DNA of 64,000 nt, from assembly GCA_963662275.1 (NCBI GenBank), contig OY759316.1:3552001-3616000 (forward strand), in the 5' to 3' direction. Below, piece after piece: positions 21,226 to 31,346 of the stretch (position 1 is its first letter; each line of letters starts with the position of its first letter). Below the pieces are notes generated by a model that saw only the letters and a program-made list of their open reading frames with translations, was not told the DNA's origin and did no database searches. This DNA is from Candidatus Cloacimonadales bacterium. Its GTDB lineage: Bacteria > Cloacimonadota > Cloacimonadia > Cloacimonadales > DAONDQ01. Made by a program: the position numbers and the translations under genes.

Positions 21226-21792
21226 TTAAGGTAGATACAGATTTTTAAAATAACACCAGAAGGAGACCTTATTCTTCATCGTTGGTCTTCCTACTAGTGA
21301 GGATGGTTTTTCTAATGATAAATCAACACGTATCGAACGAATATCTGCCAAAGTGGCAGTAATATTGCCACTTACATCATAATATGTGAATGCAATTGAT
21401 TTAAACCATTGAACAGCATAAAAATCACTAACAGGTAGATTATGACAAGTCACTAATACATCTCTGCCCAATTGATTGTAATTGGTTCCCTGTCTGATCC
21501 ATATCGTATCTTTTACAGTACTTAGCGTATCACCGAATACATCCCACTGTGTGCGGAACTTGAATTCAGTTGCAGAGGCTGTCACAATAGCAGTACCATC
21601 ATGAATACCAATTCCTACTAAACCTAATGTACTTTGCATTTGGTTGCATAAATGTTCGGTATTCTTATGGATCGGAACGGTATCAGCCAGATCGCGAGAA
21701 TTTACTTGAATATTGAACAACGTCGTCATCATCGAAATCAGGAATAATCCACCTATCACCAGAGCAGCTAAGACGCCAATCATTTGAGCCAT
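21226..21792 (-). CDS. minor pilin-like protein
   Basis: N-terminal hydrophobic helix, FTYYD..IRSIRVDL motif, position inside the pilus operon. Confidence 0.6.
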   Translation of the reverse strand: MAQMIGVLAALVIGGLFLISMMTTLFNIQVNSRDLADTVPIHKNTEHLCNQMQSTLGLVGIGIHDGTAIVTASATEFKFRTQWDVFGDTLSTVKDTIWIRQGTNYNQLGRDVLVTCHNLPVSDFYAVQWFKSIAFTYYDVSGNITATLADIRSIRVDLSLEKPSSLVGRPTMKNKVSFWCYFKNLYLP

Positions 21793-21800
21793 AATAACCT

Positions 21801-22211
21801 CTAGTCCACTTTCCTGTACAAACGAGACATCGCTACAGACTGAATCGTTATCGGTGTCGTCGTTACGGTAACAGTAAGTTTTCGATATGTTGTCGTAGAA
21901 CCTGTTGTAGTTCCCAGAGAATCAACGTTTGCGACTCCAATCGTAACATTGTAGACCATATCATTTGCTATTGGCTGTACGGTACGGGTTCCAGAATAAT
22001 TTGTACCAATCTGCTCTATTGTCATTAACTTTCCATACAATTTGGCATCAACCTCATCCATATATCGCTGAGCTAAATTTGTTGCCTGTAAAATATACGT
22101 AGAACGTTGGAGCTGCTCTACTTCAGAGATAATACTTTTATTTGTGACGATTGCAAGCTTCGTAAAAAGAACAACAGATAGCAAAACAAGAATCATTTCA
22201 CGCAGTCCCAT
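21801..22211 (-). CDS. minor pilin-like protein (PilV-like)
   Basis: MGLREMILVLL hydrophobic N-terminus, ATNLAQRYMDE, YRKLTVTV. Confidence 0.6.
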   Translation of the reverse strand: MGLREMILVLLSVVLFTKLAIVTNKSIISEVEQLQRSTYILQATNLAQRYMDEVDAKLYGKLMTIEQIGTNYSGTRTVQPIANDMVYNVTIGVANVDSLGTTTGSTTTYRKLTVTVTTTPITIQSVAMSRLYRKVD

Positions 22212-22213
22212 GA

Positions 22214-24037
22214 TTAGTTATCCCCTGCTGTGGCATAAGCAACTTCACCTAAAGTTGTCAATCCATCACGTATACGAGCTAAACCGGATTGTCTCATGGA
22301 AAGCATCCCATGTTTTTCAGCTAATTCACGTATCGCTTCCTCATTGATTTCATTACCTGCTTTCACGATAGATTCTCGAATTTCAGGATAAAAATATAGC
22401 GCTTCCGCAATGTTGACACGACCTTTGAAACCATGACTGCATTTGGGACATCCTACTTCTTCAAAAATCTGTCCCTTTTCCAGTTCTTCCTGTTTTATAC
22501 CCAATTCCAGGGCAGCAGTCCAAAATTCCTTCGAGAGTGGTCTCTTGCAGAAGGGGCATAGCTGTCTAACCAAGCGTTGAGCAATGATAATATTGATGGA
22601 ATATGCAAGAAGAAAAGGTTCGATACCCATTTTATACAAACGAGAAATAGCACTCGGAGCATCATTTGTATGGAGAGTTGAAAATGTTAAGTGCCCAGTA
22701 TTTGCTAGCTTTACTGCTATTTCTGCAGTGATCCGGTCACGAATTTCACCAACCATAACAACATCCGGATCATGACGCAGGATAGAGCGTATCGCTTCCT
22801 CGAAACTCATTCTATGACTGATCTTTAATTGTCTTGCCCCATTAATAACATACTCAACTGGGTCTTCAACTGTCAAAACATTCAAGGTAGGATTAATAAC
22901 GTGATGTAAAGCTGCCATCAAGGTTGTACTTTTTCCACTTCCTGTAGGTCCTGTTACAATGATGATACCTTTCGAAGTAGAAATTGACTTGATAAATTCT
23001 TGTTCCGCCTGTGTTTGGAAACCAAGTTTCTTGAAGTCAGTAACCACTTTTCTGTCATCAATAACACGAATAACGATACTTTCAAATCTTCTTTCATATT
23101 CTGCTGAGACAATAGGTAAAACTGAAACACGAAAACGAATGATATGATCATCGATCAATCGTTGTGCAAATCCATCCTGGGCTGAATCACGTTCGAAACG
23201 ATCAATACCGACTGATCTGTCTTTGATTACTGCAATGTAAGCTTCTGGAGGAGTATTCTCTTGTCGAAACCAGAGCTGCAATTTTCCATCAATACGTAAA
23301 TATATATCAAATGATGTTTTACTTTGCGGTACGATATGAATATCGCTGGCACTCTTTCTTACAGCTTCGATCAAACTGCCTTCAAATAAATTTACTAACA
23401 GACTCTTGTTGATTTCATCATCTAATTCATGCTCATCGATTGCATTTTCGATTTCTTTCGAATCGACAATCATCTCCCCGGCTTCTTCTAATAATTGGAG
23501 AAATTCATTTTTCTGAGGAGAAATTTTATTGATGACTTCATCCAGATTTTTTAGCGGACAGTAGACAACTTCATACTTTCTGAATTCTGTTCTAAATGGT
23601 ATTTCATGAATCACTTTAACTGTTGGATCAGCAGCTAAAAGTAATAATGAATCTCGTGAACCAGGTTGCATTTTAAAGGGAAACACTTTTTCATAGAGAA
23701 GCTTTTCTTTAAAATCATTCGGAAACTTCTGGAGCAACTCCTTGGTTTGAGTGATTTGTTTTTGTTCCATAGATTCAACATCTATTTCTAATTTCCGAAA
23801 TGCATACATTTCTGCTAAAGTACCGAAAACAATATCATGAGCAATATTCAATTTATAGACCAATATTTGGGCAAGACATCTGGGGGTTTCTTCACCGGTT
23901 TCAGTCATTTTATACAATGCATTTATTAAGATAGCCCGATCAACCAATCCTTTTTCATCAAGGATTTGGGCTAACCTTGATTTGTCAAATAGTGATCTGT
24001 CGTTTTGACTATGATCACCAACACTCATATCACTCAT
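22214..24037 (-). CDS. pilB: PilB/GspE assembly ATPase
   Basis: ASDIHI, RIDG, QDG, GPTGSGKSTT, EDPVEY, LRHDPDVVMVGEIRD, TGHLTFSTLHTND, CPFC..CPKC. Confidence 0.92.
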   Translation of the reverse strand: MSDMSVGDHSQNDRSLFDKSRLAQILDEKGLVDRAILINALYKMTETGEETPRCLAQILVYKLNIAHDIVFGTLAEMYAFRKLEIDVESMEQKQITQTKELLQKFPNDFKEKLLYEKVFPFKMQPGSRDSLLLLAADPTVKVIHEIPFRTEFRKYEVVYCPLKNLDEVINKISPQKNEFLQLLEEAGEMIVDSKEIENAIDEHELDDEINKSLLVNLFEGSLIEAVRKSASDIHIVPQSKTSFDIYLRIDGKLQLWFRQENTPPEAYIAVIKDRSVGIDRFERDSAQDGFAQRLIDDHIIRFRVSVLPIVSAEYERRFESIVIRVIDDRKVVTDFKKLGFQTQAEQEFIKSISTSKGIIIVTGPTGSGKSTTLMAALHHVINPTLNVLTVEDPVEYVINGARQLKISHRMSFEEAIRSILRHDPDVVMVGEIRDRITAEIAVKLANTGHLTFSTLHTNDAPSAISRLYKMGIEPFLLAYSINIIIAQRLVRQLCPFCKRPLSKEFWTAALELGIKQEELEKGQIFEEVGCPKCSHGFKGRVNIAEALYFYPEIRESIVKAGNEINEEAIRELAEKHGMLSMRQSGLARIRDGLTTLGEVAYATAGDN

Positions 24038-24055
24038 TAAACAGCCCCTTGCTTG

Positions 24056-25396
24056 TTAGTGAGGTGTCGGCGGTGAAACCGTTGCGATTTCTGCTGATAC
24101 TACGGTTAAAAATGTAATAGCGATGGCAATGAACAATCCTACGAAAGTTTGAATATATTCGATCAGTGCTTTCATTTTATACGTTGTCTCTGCTTCATAG
24201 AAGGAAGAAATCTGTTGGGCTGCCTGGAGAATGTTACCGGTTTCAGCTCCTGTCCGCAACCGAGTTAAAACGGTTCTATTGAACACTTCAGAAGCCTCCA
24301 TGGCAGGAACAAATGCTTCCCCTTCTTTTAACATCAAAGGAATTGTGATGTTCTTTATTGCATTCTCCATATATTTATTACGACAGGCATCGGCTGCGGT
24401 TCTTATCGTCTCGATATTATCACCGGCACCACTATAAATGGTAGCAAAAACACGAAAATAGATTTCAAGGCTTTGTTTATAGATTAAATGACCAATCATC
24501 GGTAATTTGATTAAATGCTGATCACGCCAGACCTTACCTTTCTCTGTAGACCACCACCGTGCAACAATGATGATCGGGACAATAATAACGATGAGAAGAT
24601 AAATATAGGTCTTACCTAGCCAGTTACTCATTGCCAGCGTTCCCTTTGTAAGAGGAGGTATTGGCATACCGAACCGAACAAACATATTGGCAGTCGAAGG
24701 AAAGATATCCACAACATAATAAGCGAGAGCACCAATTGTCGCAAATATTGAAAATGCCGGTGCGATGAGGGCTTGCTTGACACTTTTTCGAATTTCCGTA
24801 TCTCTTTCCACGAATTTGGTTGTTGCTTCAAAGATCTCAGCCATATTACCGCTTTTTGTTGCAAGACCAAGCATGAAAGCAGGGAATCGTCCAAAAACAT
24901 CTTCATATCTCTTGAACACTTCTTTGCCTTCAACACCATTTTTTAACTGGTTTTCTATTTGGAGCAATGTTTCCTTCATTACCTTATTGGTTTGTTCTTC
25001 AGCTAACATGCTTAATATCTTTCCAAAGCTCATTCTATCCTTCAACATATTTGTACTCAGCTTAATAAACATCATAACATCATCTTTTGAAGGCTTCATT
25101 TTAATATCAAGTAAAACAGGGCGAATTTTAAACTGGTGGTACCCCATTCTCTGTAAAGCACTGGCAACTTCTTCTTTTGTAAAGGCATTCTGTCTTCCAG
25201 TAAATGTTTTTCCACTTGGAAGCTTTACCATATAGATGAATTCTCTTTTTTCTTCAATCGAAGAAATCCGGAGTTTATGGCGTTTAGTTAAAATACCAAT
25301 TTGTTCCTTGGCTTTTTTCTTATTGTACGCCATGAGGGATCCAGAGATTAATTTGCCTTCATTTGAATAGGCTTTGAACCTGAATTCCTTAATCAT
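24056..25396 (-). CDS. pilC: PilC/GspF inner-membrane platform protein
   Basis: Two T2SSF-like domains (KSGNMAEIF, GAETGNI), LPMIGHL, PPLT motif, TM segments. Confidence 0.85.
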   Translation of the reverse strand: MIKEFRFKAYSNEGKLISGSLMAYNKKKAKEQIGILTKRHKLRISSIEEKREFIYMVKLPSGKTFTGRQNAFTKEEVASALQRMGYHQFKIRPVLLDIKMKPSKDDVMMFIKLSTNMLKDRMSFGKILSMLAEEQTNKVMKETLLQIENQLKNGVEGKEVFKRYEDVFGRFPAFMLGLATKSGNMAEIFEATTKFVERDTEIRKSVKQALIAPAFSIFATIGALAYYVVDIFPSTANMFVRFGMPIPPLTKGTLAMSNWLGKTYIYLLIVIIVPIIIVARWWSTEKGKVWRDQHLIKLPMIGHLIYKQSLEIYFRVFATIYSGAGDNIETIRTAADACRNKYMENAIKNITIPLMLKEGEAFVPAMEASEVFNRTVLTRLRTGAETGNILQAAQQISSFYEAETTYKMKALIEYIQTFVGLFIAIAITFLTVVSAEIATVSPPTPH

Positions 25397-25630
25397 CTTA
25401 TACCACCATTAAATCGTCATTTATTTGTAAGCATTTTCCTTTCGTTAGATATACTAATAAAAAAGGGAGATTTTACCTCCCTATTCTGCATCAATTCAAG
25501 TTTTGTCAATGTTTTTAGCAGAACAAGGGATGAATATGACATACATAATTCTATTATTTTTTTAAATAATCTGAGATAAGTGTCTTTAGCATTCCACTTG
25601 TTCACTACTTGATAAACACACTATTGAATA

Positions 25631-25656
25631 GAGAAAGGGGGGAGAATCCTCCCCCC
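25631..25656 (-). terminator. probable terminator after pilin cluster
   Basis: GGGGGGAG-AATC-CTCCCCCC hairpin about 20 bp after the last pilin stop, with a short T-run on the minus strand. Confidence 0.6.
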
Positions 25657-25675
25657 AACATGAATTTGGATTCAA

Positions 25676-26119
25676 TCAATTAGTGATTGTCGTTGTTAAT
25701 GGGCTTGCAGCAGAAGCTGTAACGGTTACAACGGCTTTAACCAAAACACCGGCTTTCGTCTTTTCTGTTCCCTCACCTGTAATTGTGATTACGGTTGAGC
25801 TGGTATAACCAAGAGTAAACGTACCTGTATCATCTGTTAAAGTACCATCATCTGCAAAACCCATAGCAATACCAACACCTGCTTTTGCAGCAGTTATGTT
25901 AGCACCGAAACCAACGGTTCCGGATCCGCCACCGCCACCCTGGCTTGCAGGAGTCTTGTAATACTGCATGGCAGCAGCGCCAAAGTTCTGAAGTTCACCG
26001 ACCAGAGCCTGGCGGTTTGAGTTCGTGGCTTGTGTGGCAAACATTGTGATACCGACTGCGACGGCGACGCCAACGATGATAACGCTAAGTACGATCAAGA
26101 GTATTTGTTGTGTTCCCAT
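25676..26119 (-). CDS. major pilin-like protein (paralog 3)
   Basis: MGTQQILLIVLSVIIVGVAVAVG hydrophobic N-terminal helix, 147 aa, upstream AGGAG RBS. Confidence 0.8.
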   Translation of the reverse strand: MGTQQILLIVLSVIIVGVAVAVGITMFATQATNSNRQALVGELQNFGAAAMQYYKTPASQGGGGGSGTVGFGANITAAKAGVGIAMGFADDGTLTDDTGTFTLGYTSSTVITITGEGTEKTKAGVLVKAVVTVTASAASPLTTTITN

Positions 26120-26144
26120 TTTTGTTTCTCCTTTCCTTGTTGTT

Positions 26145-26588
26145 TTATTTGATTATGGCTGTTGCTAATGGACTTGCTGCAGTTGCTGTTACTGTAACTT
26201 TCGCTTTTACTAGTTCACCGGCTTTTGTCTTTTCTGTTCCCTCACCTGTAATATCAATAGTATCTGAATCTGTATAACCAAGTGTGAAGGTTCCTGTGTC
26301 ATCAGTTAATGTGCCAGCGGCTAAAAATCCCATGGCAACACCAACCCCTAATTTTGCAGCAGCTAAGTTAGCTCCGAAACCGACTGTTCCCGTTCCGCCA
26401 CCACCGCCTTGGCTGACTGGAGTCTTGTAATATTGCATGGCTGCTGCACCGAAGTTTTGAAGTTCACCGACCAGAGCCTGGCGGTTGGAATTCGTTGCCT
26501 GGGTCGCAAACATTGTAATACCGACAGCGACAGCGACACCAACGATGATCACACTAAGTACGATAAGTAGAATTTGTTGTGTTCCCAT
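26145..26588 (-). CDS. major pilin-like protein (paralog 2)
   Basis: Same N-terminus as its neighbours, 147 aa, AGGAG RBS. Confidence 0.8.
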   Translation of the reverse strand: MGTQQILLIVLSVIIVGVAVAVGITMFATQATNSNRQALVGELQNFGAAAMQYYKTPVSQGGGGGTGTVGFGANLAAAKLGVGVAMGFLAAGTLTDDTGTFTLGYTDSDTIDITGEGTEKTKAGELVKAKVTVTATAASPLATAIIK

Positions 26589-26613
26589 TTTGTTTCTCCT
26601 TCTTTAAGTTTGG

Positions 26614-27057
26614 TTATTTTAGGATAGTTGTTGCCAACGGATTAGCATTAGTTGCAGTGATCGTCATCCTTGCAGATACAAATTCATTTGCCTTGGTTTT
26701 TTCTGTGCCCACACCTGTAATGGTCACTACGGTGGCACTGGTCCAACCAAGAGTAAAGACACCTGTGTCATCTGTTAAAGTACCTGCAGCAGCATCAAAG
26801 CCCATAGCCACTCCTACGCCTGCTTTTGCACCTGCAAGATCAGCACCGAATCCGGGAGTACCGGCTCCACCACCACCTAAACTTGATGGTGTTTTGTAAT
26901 ACTGAATTGCAGCAGCACCAAAGTTCTGAAGTTCGCTTACCACAGCTTGTCTGTTCGAGTTCGTCGCTTGTGTAGCAAACATCGATATACCCACAGCGAC
27001 CGCAACACCAACGATGATCACACTTAGTACAATCAGAAGTATTTGTTGTGTTCCCAT
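26614..27057 (-). CDS. major pilin-like protein (paralog 1)
   Basis: Start reassigned to MGTQQ at 27057 (AAGGAG RBS), which gives 147 aa like the paralogs. Confidence 0.8.
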   Translation of the reverse strand: MGTQQILLIVLSVIIVGVAVAVGISMFATQATNSNRQAVVSELQNFGAAAIQYYKTPSSLGGGGAGTPGFGADLAGAKAGVGVAMGFDAAAGTLTDDTGVFTLGWTSATVVTITGVGTEKTKANEFVSARMTITATNANPLATTILK

Positions 27058-27159
27058 TTTAAGCTCCTTTGTTTGTTTTTGTGAAACATTAAGATCTAAA
27101 TTTTTTAGATCTGCCAAAATTTTATCAATCACACTATGGAAGAATCATCAACCTATAAC

Positions 27160-27174
27160 GCAAGGAGTGTACCA
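27160..27174 (-). promoter_or_regulatory. sigma54 (-24/-12) promoter for pilin cluster
   Basis: Minus strand reads TGGTAC-ACTCC-TTGC (GG-N10-GC), about 100 bp upstream of the first pilin ATG. Confidence 0.72.
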
Positions 27175-27609
27175 CATTTGAAAAAAAATAGAAAAAACAA
27201 GACTATCGTTTATGCATATACTGTAACGTATTGATATATTGGCAGATGAGATATAACAAAAGTTTATTGTCTTTGCTCTCTTTTTTAATTATTCGTTGTT
27301 TAAATTGATAATATGACATATATTAAAGACATTATACATGGAAAAACACTATTATATGACATTGTTGCTTTTGAATCTCTCACCCTGCAGGATTTATCTC
27401 CGAGATGACTAATGCTAAATGATGATATAAAGTTTATTCATTACGAACTGAAGATGAACAAAATAAATGATAAAATCTATGTTACCTTAACTAAATTAAC
27501 TCAGAGCAAATGATCAAAATGTTTTTGAGAATTTAATTCCAGTATTCCTAATTTGACTATCAAAATTAGGTAGTCATTTACACAGCAGTATGATACACGA
27601 CCAAAGAAA

Positions 27610-28713
27610 TCATGGAACAATCCGGCAAATGCGGAAACCAGTACAATCACCGACGTAAGTAGGGTCGTTACTGTTCCGGTATGAAACAACACACATGTCG
27701 TAAGTTGTGAACCAGCAGCCACCGCGACGTATACGCCGAGCATCACTAACAGCACCATGGGGATTATTTTGTGCACCGCTTGCATAAGTACCATTGATGT
27801 CCCAATTCCACTCCCAGACGTTACCGCTCATATCATACAGCCCCAATTCGTTAGCTGCTAAGGTACCGACTGTGTGAGATGTGCCACAGTTGTACCAAGC
27901 GACAAGTCCGATAGTATTACTTCCACTATAAGTGTAATTGTGGGTCAAATTACCACCCATTGCTGCAAATTCCCATTCCGCTTCTGTGGGAAGACGATAA
28001 CCATTGGCTGTCCAAGAGCAGGATATATTGACGTGATTATTATCATTTACATTCCAACCCGCTGGCCAAGTGTCTGGATTAGTGCCATAAGTGCTGTAAG
28101 TGTAGCAAGGTGTCAGACCTTCACTAATGCTGCGTCTATTGCAATATTCGATAGCATAATACCAAGACACATAATTAACTGGGTAATTCGCACCAACTCC
28201 GTAACCATGAGAAGGATTCGATCCCATTACTAACGAATCCGCAGACTGTGTAATTTCAAATTTATCAATGTAAAACGACGATACAGTAACATCTGAAGTG
28301 CCATTGTTAAGTGTTCCACGTTCTACGAATACAAAATTATCTGGAATTTCTATTGATACAGTCATTATTCTGTAAAAATGATAAAATCCTTGTATATAAC
28401 TTGTCCAATTAATGGTTCCTTCTGTCTTTGTGAAACTACCCTCTGAGGAAACATTTGTGAAAGATACTGAGCTTATGGAATCGGAACCTTCCACTATATA
28501 ACTTCCAGCATAAGGGACTTCAGTCCAGGAAATAATTAGAGAATCACCAGTTACTTGAATTGAAACATCATCAGGTGGATTTACATCAAAGCTATCCCTT
28601 TCACTAAAATATGCTAATTGTGTGTGAGTACTGCTTTGAGCATAATCAGGGCTGGTACCACATAATCCAATAATTACAAAACAAAATAGTGAAACTAGTA
28701 TTGTTGTTTTCAT
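27610..28713 (-). CDS. secreted FGE-sulfatase (SUMF1/C-type lectin fold) domain protein
   Basis: Signal peptide, Fn3-like N-region, YPVNYVSWYYAIEYCN, GYRLPTEAEWEFAAMGG, ANELGLYDMSGNVWEW, RGGCW..GFRICR. Confidence 0.88.
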   Translation of the reverse strand: MKTTILVSLFCFVIIGLCGTSPDYAQSSTHTQLAYFSERDSFDVNPPDDVSIQVTGDSLIISWTEVPYAGSYIVEGSDSISSVSFTNVSSEGSFTKTEGTINWTSYIQGFYHFYRIMTVSIEIPDNFVFVERGTLNNGTSDVTVSSFYIDKFEITQSADSLVMGSNPSHGYGVGANYPVNYVSWYYAIEYCNRRSISEGLTPCYTYSTYGTNPDTWPAGWNVNDNNHVNISCSWTANGYRLPTEAEWEFAAMGGNLTHNYTYSGSNTIGLVAWYNCGTSHTVGTLAANELGLYDMSGNVWEWNWDINGTYASGAQNNPHGAVSDARRIRRGGCWFTTYDMCVVSYRNSNDPTYVGDCTGFRICRIVP

Positions 28714-28988
28714 AATATACCTCCGTATATAATTTAGAGTATTTTCATGAAAAGCAAAATAACTTTTAATAATTGGAATTGAAGAAATATAGTGAACAAT
28801 ATTTCTAATTCACTTCAATTGCTGTAAAGAATGGGTAGAAGTTGATAGACAGTAGCTTATAGTATGAAGAAACATTGAGAGTACAGCGCTCCCATATTTT
28901 GAGCATAAGAGGGGGGATATTTTTACTCACATTTGAAAAGGATGCTTGATCAATCCCCCCTTGGGAAGGGGGGTAGGGGGGTCTTTTT

Positions 28989-29390
28989 TCAGAACAGTGT
29001 CTCCAATCCCAGACTCTTTTCCCGTGCAATTAACTTTTCTTGTAAATCTTCGAAAATACCACCTATGTTCTCCAAAACATCATGATGTGCATATCTAATC
29101 ACTATTATCCCGAATTCTCTAAGCAACTCGCTACGTTTTCTGTCATAACTCTCTTTCTCTCCGTGACTATCACCATCAATTTCGATAGCAACCTTGAGTT
29201 TAGAGCAGTAAAAATCTACTATAAATGATGAAATTGGCTTTTGTTTTGTCCATTTATATCGGATTAGCTCCCTGTTAGATAAAATATTCGTCCACATTTT
29301 AATTTCATCTGGATTACCCGCTTTACGGTTTTCTCTTGCATATTGTTTCAAGATAGGATCATAAGGAAATATTCTATCTTTATTATGCAT
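28989..29390 (-). CDS. DUF559 (Vsr-like) endonuclease, copy 1
   Basis: ARENRK..EIKMW..KQKPISSFIVDFYC..IEIDGDSH..YDRKRSELL..GIIVIRY. Confidence 0.9.
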   Translation of the reverse strand: MHNKDRIFPYDPILKQYARENRKAGNPDEIKMWTNILSNRELIRYKWTKQKPISSFIVDFYCSKLKVAIEIDGDSHGEKESYDRKRSELLREFGIIVIRYAHHDVLENIGGIFEDLQEKLIAREKSLGLETLF

Positions 29391-29447
29391 TTACCCTCCA
29401 ATATTAGGTGCAAAGTATCTTTTCGACCCCCCTACCCCCCTTCTCAA

Positions 29448-29686
29448 GGGGGGATATTTTGCCGAAAAGGATGTTTGATCAATCCCCGCTTGAGAAGGGG
29501 GGATATTTTGCCGAAAAGGATGTTTGATCAATCCCCGCTTGAGAAGGGGGGGATATTTTGCCGAAAAGGATATTTATCAATCCCCGCTTGAGAAGGGGGG
29601 ATATTTTGCCGAAAAGGATGTTTGATCAATCCCCGCTTGAGAAGGGGGGATATTTTGCCGAAAAGGATGTTTGATCAATCCCCGCT
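29448..29686. repeat. 49-bp tandem repeat x5 (last partial) within spacer 1
   Basis: Unit GGGGGGATATTTTGCCGAAAAGGATGTTTGATCAATCCCCGCTTGAGAA, with 1-bp indel variants. Confidence 0.9.
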
Positions 29687-29761
29687 GTTAGCGTGATATA
29701 GAATGTACCACCTTGGGAATGATCAATCCCCCCTTGGGAAGGGGGGTAGGGGGGTCTTCTT

Positions 29762-30163
29762 TCAGAACTGTGTCTCCAATCCCAGACTCTTTTCCCGTTC
29801 AATTAACTTTTCTTGTAAATCTTCGAAAATACCACCTATATTCTCCAAAACATCATGATGTGCATATCTAATCACTATTATCCCGAATTCTCTAAGCAAC
29901 TCGCTACGTTTTCTGTCATAACTCTCTTTCTCTCCGTGGCTATCTCCATCAATTTCGATAGCAACCTTGAGTTTAGAGCAGTAAAAATCTACTATAAATG
30001 ATGAAATTGGCTTTTGTTTTGTCCATTTATATCGGATTAGCTCCCTGTTAGATAAAATATTCGTCCACATTTTAATTTCAGCCGGATTACCCGCTTTACG
30101 GTTTTCTCTTGCATATTGTTTCAAGATAGGATCATAAGGAAATATTCTTTCTTTATTATGCAT
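29762..30163 (-). CDS. DUF559 endonuclease, copy 2
   Basis: 133 aa, differs from copy 1 at only a few residues. Confidence 0.9.
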   Translation of the reverse strand: MHNKERIFPYDPILKQYARENRKAGNPAEIKMWTNILSNRELIRYKWTKQKPISSFIVDFYCSKLKVAIEIDGDSHGEKESYDRKRSELLREFGIIVIRYAHHDVLENIGGIFEDLQEKLIEREKSLGLETQF

Positions 30164-30356
30164 TTACCCTCCAATATTAGGTTGCAATGTATCTTTTCGA
30201 CCCCCCTACCCCCCTTCTCAAGGGGGGATATTTTTTGCTCCCACCTGGGAAGGATGTTTAATCAATCCCCCCTTGAGAAGAAGGATATTTTTTACTCCCA
30301 CCTGATACGATGTTTAATCAATCCCCCCTTGGGAAGGGGGGTAGGGGGGTCTTTTT

Positions 30357-30758
30357 TCAGAACAGTGTCTCCAATCCCAGACTCTTTTCCCGTGCAATTA
30401 ACTTTTCTTGTAAATCTTCGAAAATACCACCTATGTTCTCCAAAACATCATGATGTGCATATCTAATCACTATTATCCCGAATTCTCTAAGCAACTCGCT
30501 ACGTTTTCTGTCATAACTCTCTTTCTCTCCGTGACTATCACCATCAATTTCGATAGCAATCTTGAGTTTAGAGCAGTAAAAATCTACTATAAATGATGAA
30601 ATTGGTTTTTGTTTTGTCCATTTATATCGGATTAGCTCCCTGTTAGATAAAATATTCGTCCACATTTTGATTTCAGCCGGATTACCCGCTTTACGGTTTT
30701 CTCTTGCATATTGTTTCAAGATAGGATCATAAGGAAATATTCTTTCTTTATTATGCAT
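30357..30758 (-). CDS. DUF559 endonuclease, copy 3
   Basis: 133-aa near-identical paralog (KIAIE variant). Confidence 0.9.
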   Translation of the reverse strand: MHNKERIFPYDPILKQYARENRKAGNPAEIKMWTNILSNRELIRYKWTKQKPISSFIVDFYCSKLKIAIEIDGDSHGEKESYDRKRSELLREFGIIVIRYAHHDVLENIGGIFEDLQEKLIAREKSLGLETLF

Positions 30759-30944
30759 TTACCCTCCAATATTAGGTTGCAATGTATCTTTTCGACCCCC
30801 CTACCCCCCTTCTCAAGGGGGGATATTTTTTGCTCCCACCTGGGAAGGATGTTTAATCAATCCCCCCTGTTAGCTGAAATATAGAGTGTACCACCTTGGG
30901 AATGATCAATCCCCCCTTGAGAAGGGGGGTAGGGGGGTCTTTTT

Positions 30945-31346
30945 TCAGAACAGTGTCTCCAATCCCAGACTCTTTTCCCGTGCAATTAACTTTTCTTGTA
31001 AATCTTCGAAAATACCACCTATATTCTCCAAAACATCATGATGTGCATATCTAATCACTATTATCCCGAATTCTCTAAGCAACTCGCTACGTTTTCTGTC
31101 ATAACTCTCTTTCTCTCCGTGGCTATCTCCATCAATTTCGATAGCAACCTTGAGTTTAGAGCAGTAAAAATCTACTATAAATGATGAAATTGGCTTTTGT
31201 TTTGTCCATTTATATCGGATTAGCTCCCTGTTAGATAAAATATTCGTCCACATTTTAATTTCAGCCGGATTACCCGCTTTACGGTTTTCTCTTGCATATT
31301 GTTTCAAGATAGGATCATAAGGAAATATTCTATCTTTATTATGCAT
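30945..31346 (-). CDS. DUF559 endonuclease, copy 4
   Basis: 133-aa near-identical paralog. Confidence 0.9.
   Translation of the reverse strand: MHNKDRIFPYDPILKQYARENRKAGNPAEIKMWTNILSNRELIRYKWTKQKPISSFIVDFYCSKLKVAIEIDGDSHGEKESYDRKRSELLREFGIIVIRYAHHDVLENIGGIFEDLQEKLIAREKSLGLETLF

Noticed and set aside
27058..27132. 25-aa N-terminal extension of the first pilin as a class III leader
   Set aside because: A strong AAGGAG RBS precedes MGTQQ and both paralogs start there.
9114..28713. Complete DGR in the window
   Set aside because: I found no reverse transcriptase, Avd or AAC-rich template repeat. Only possible target domains are present.
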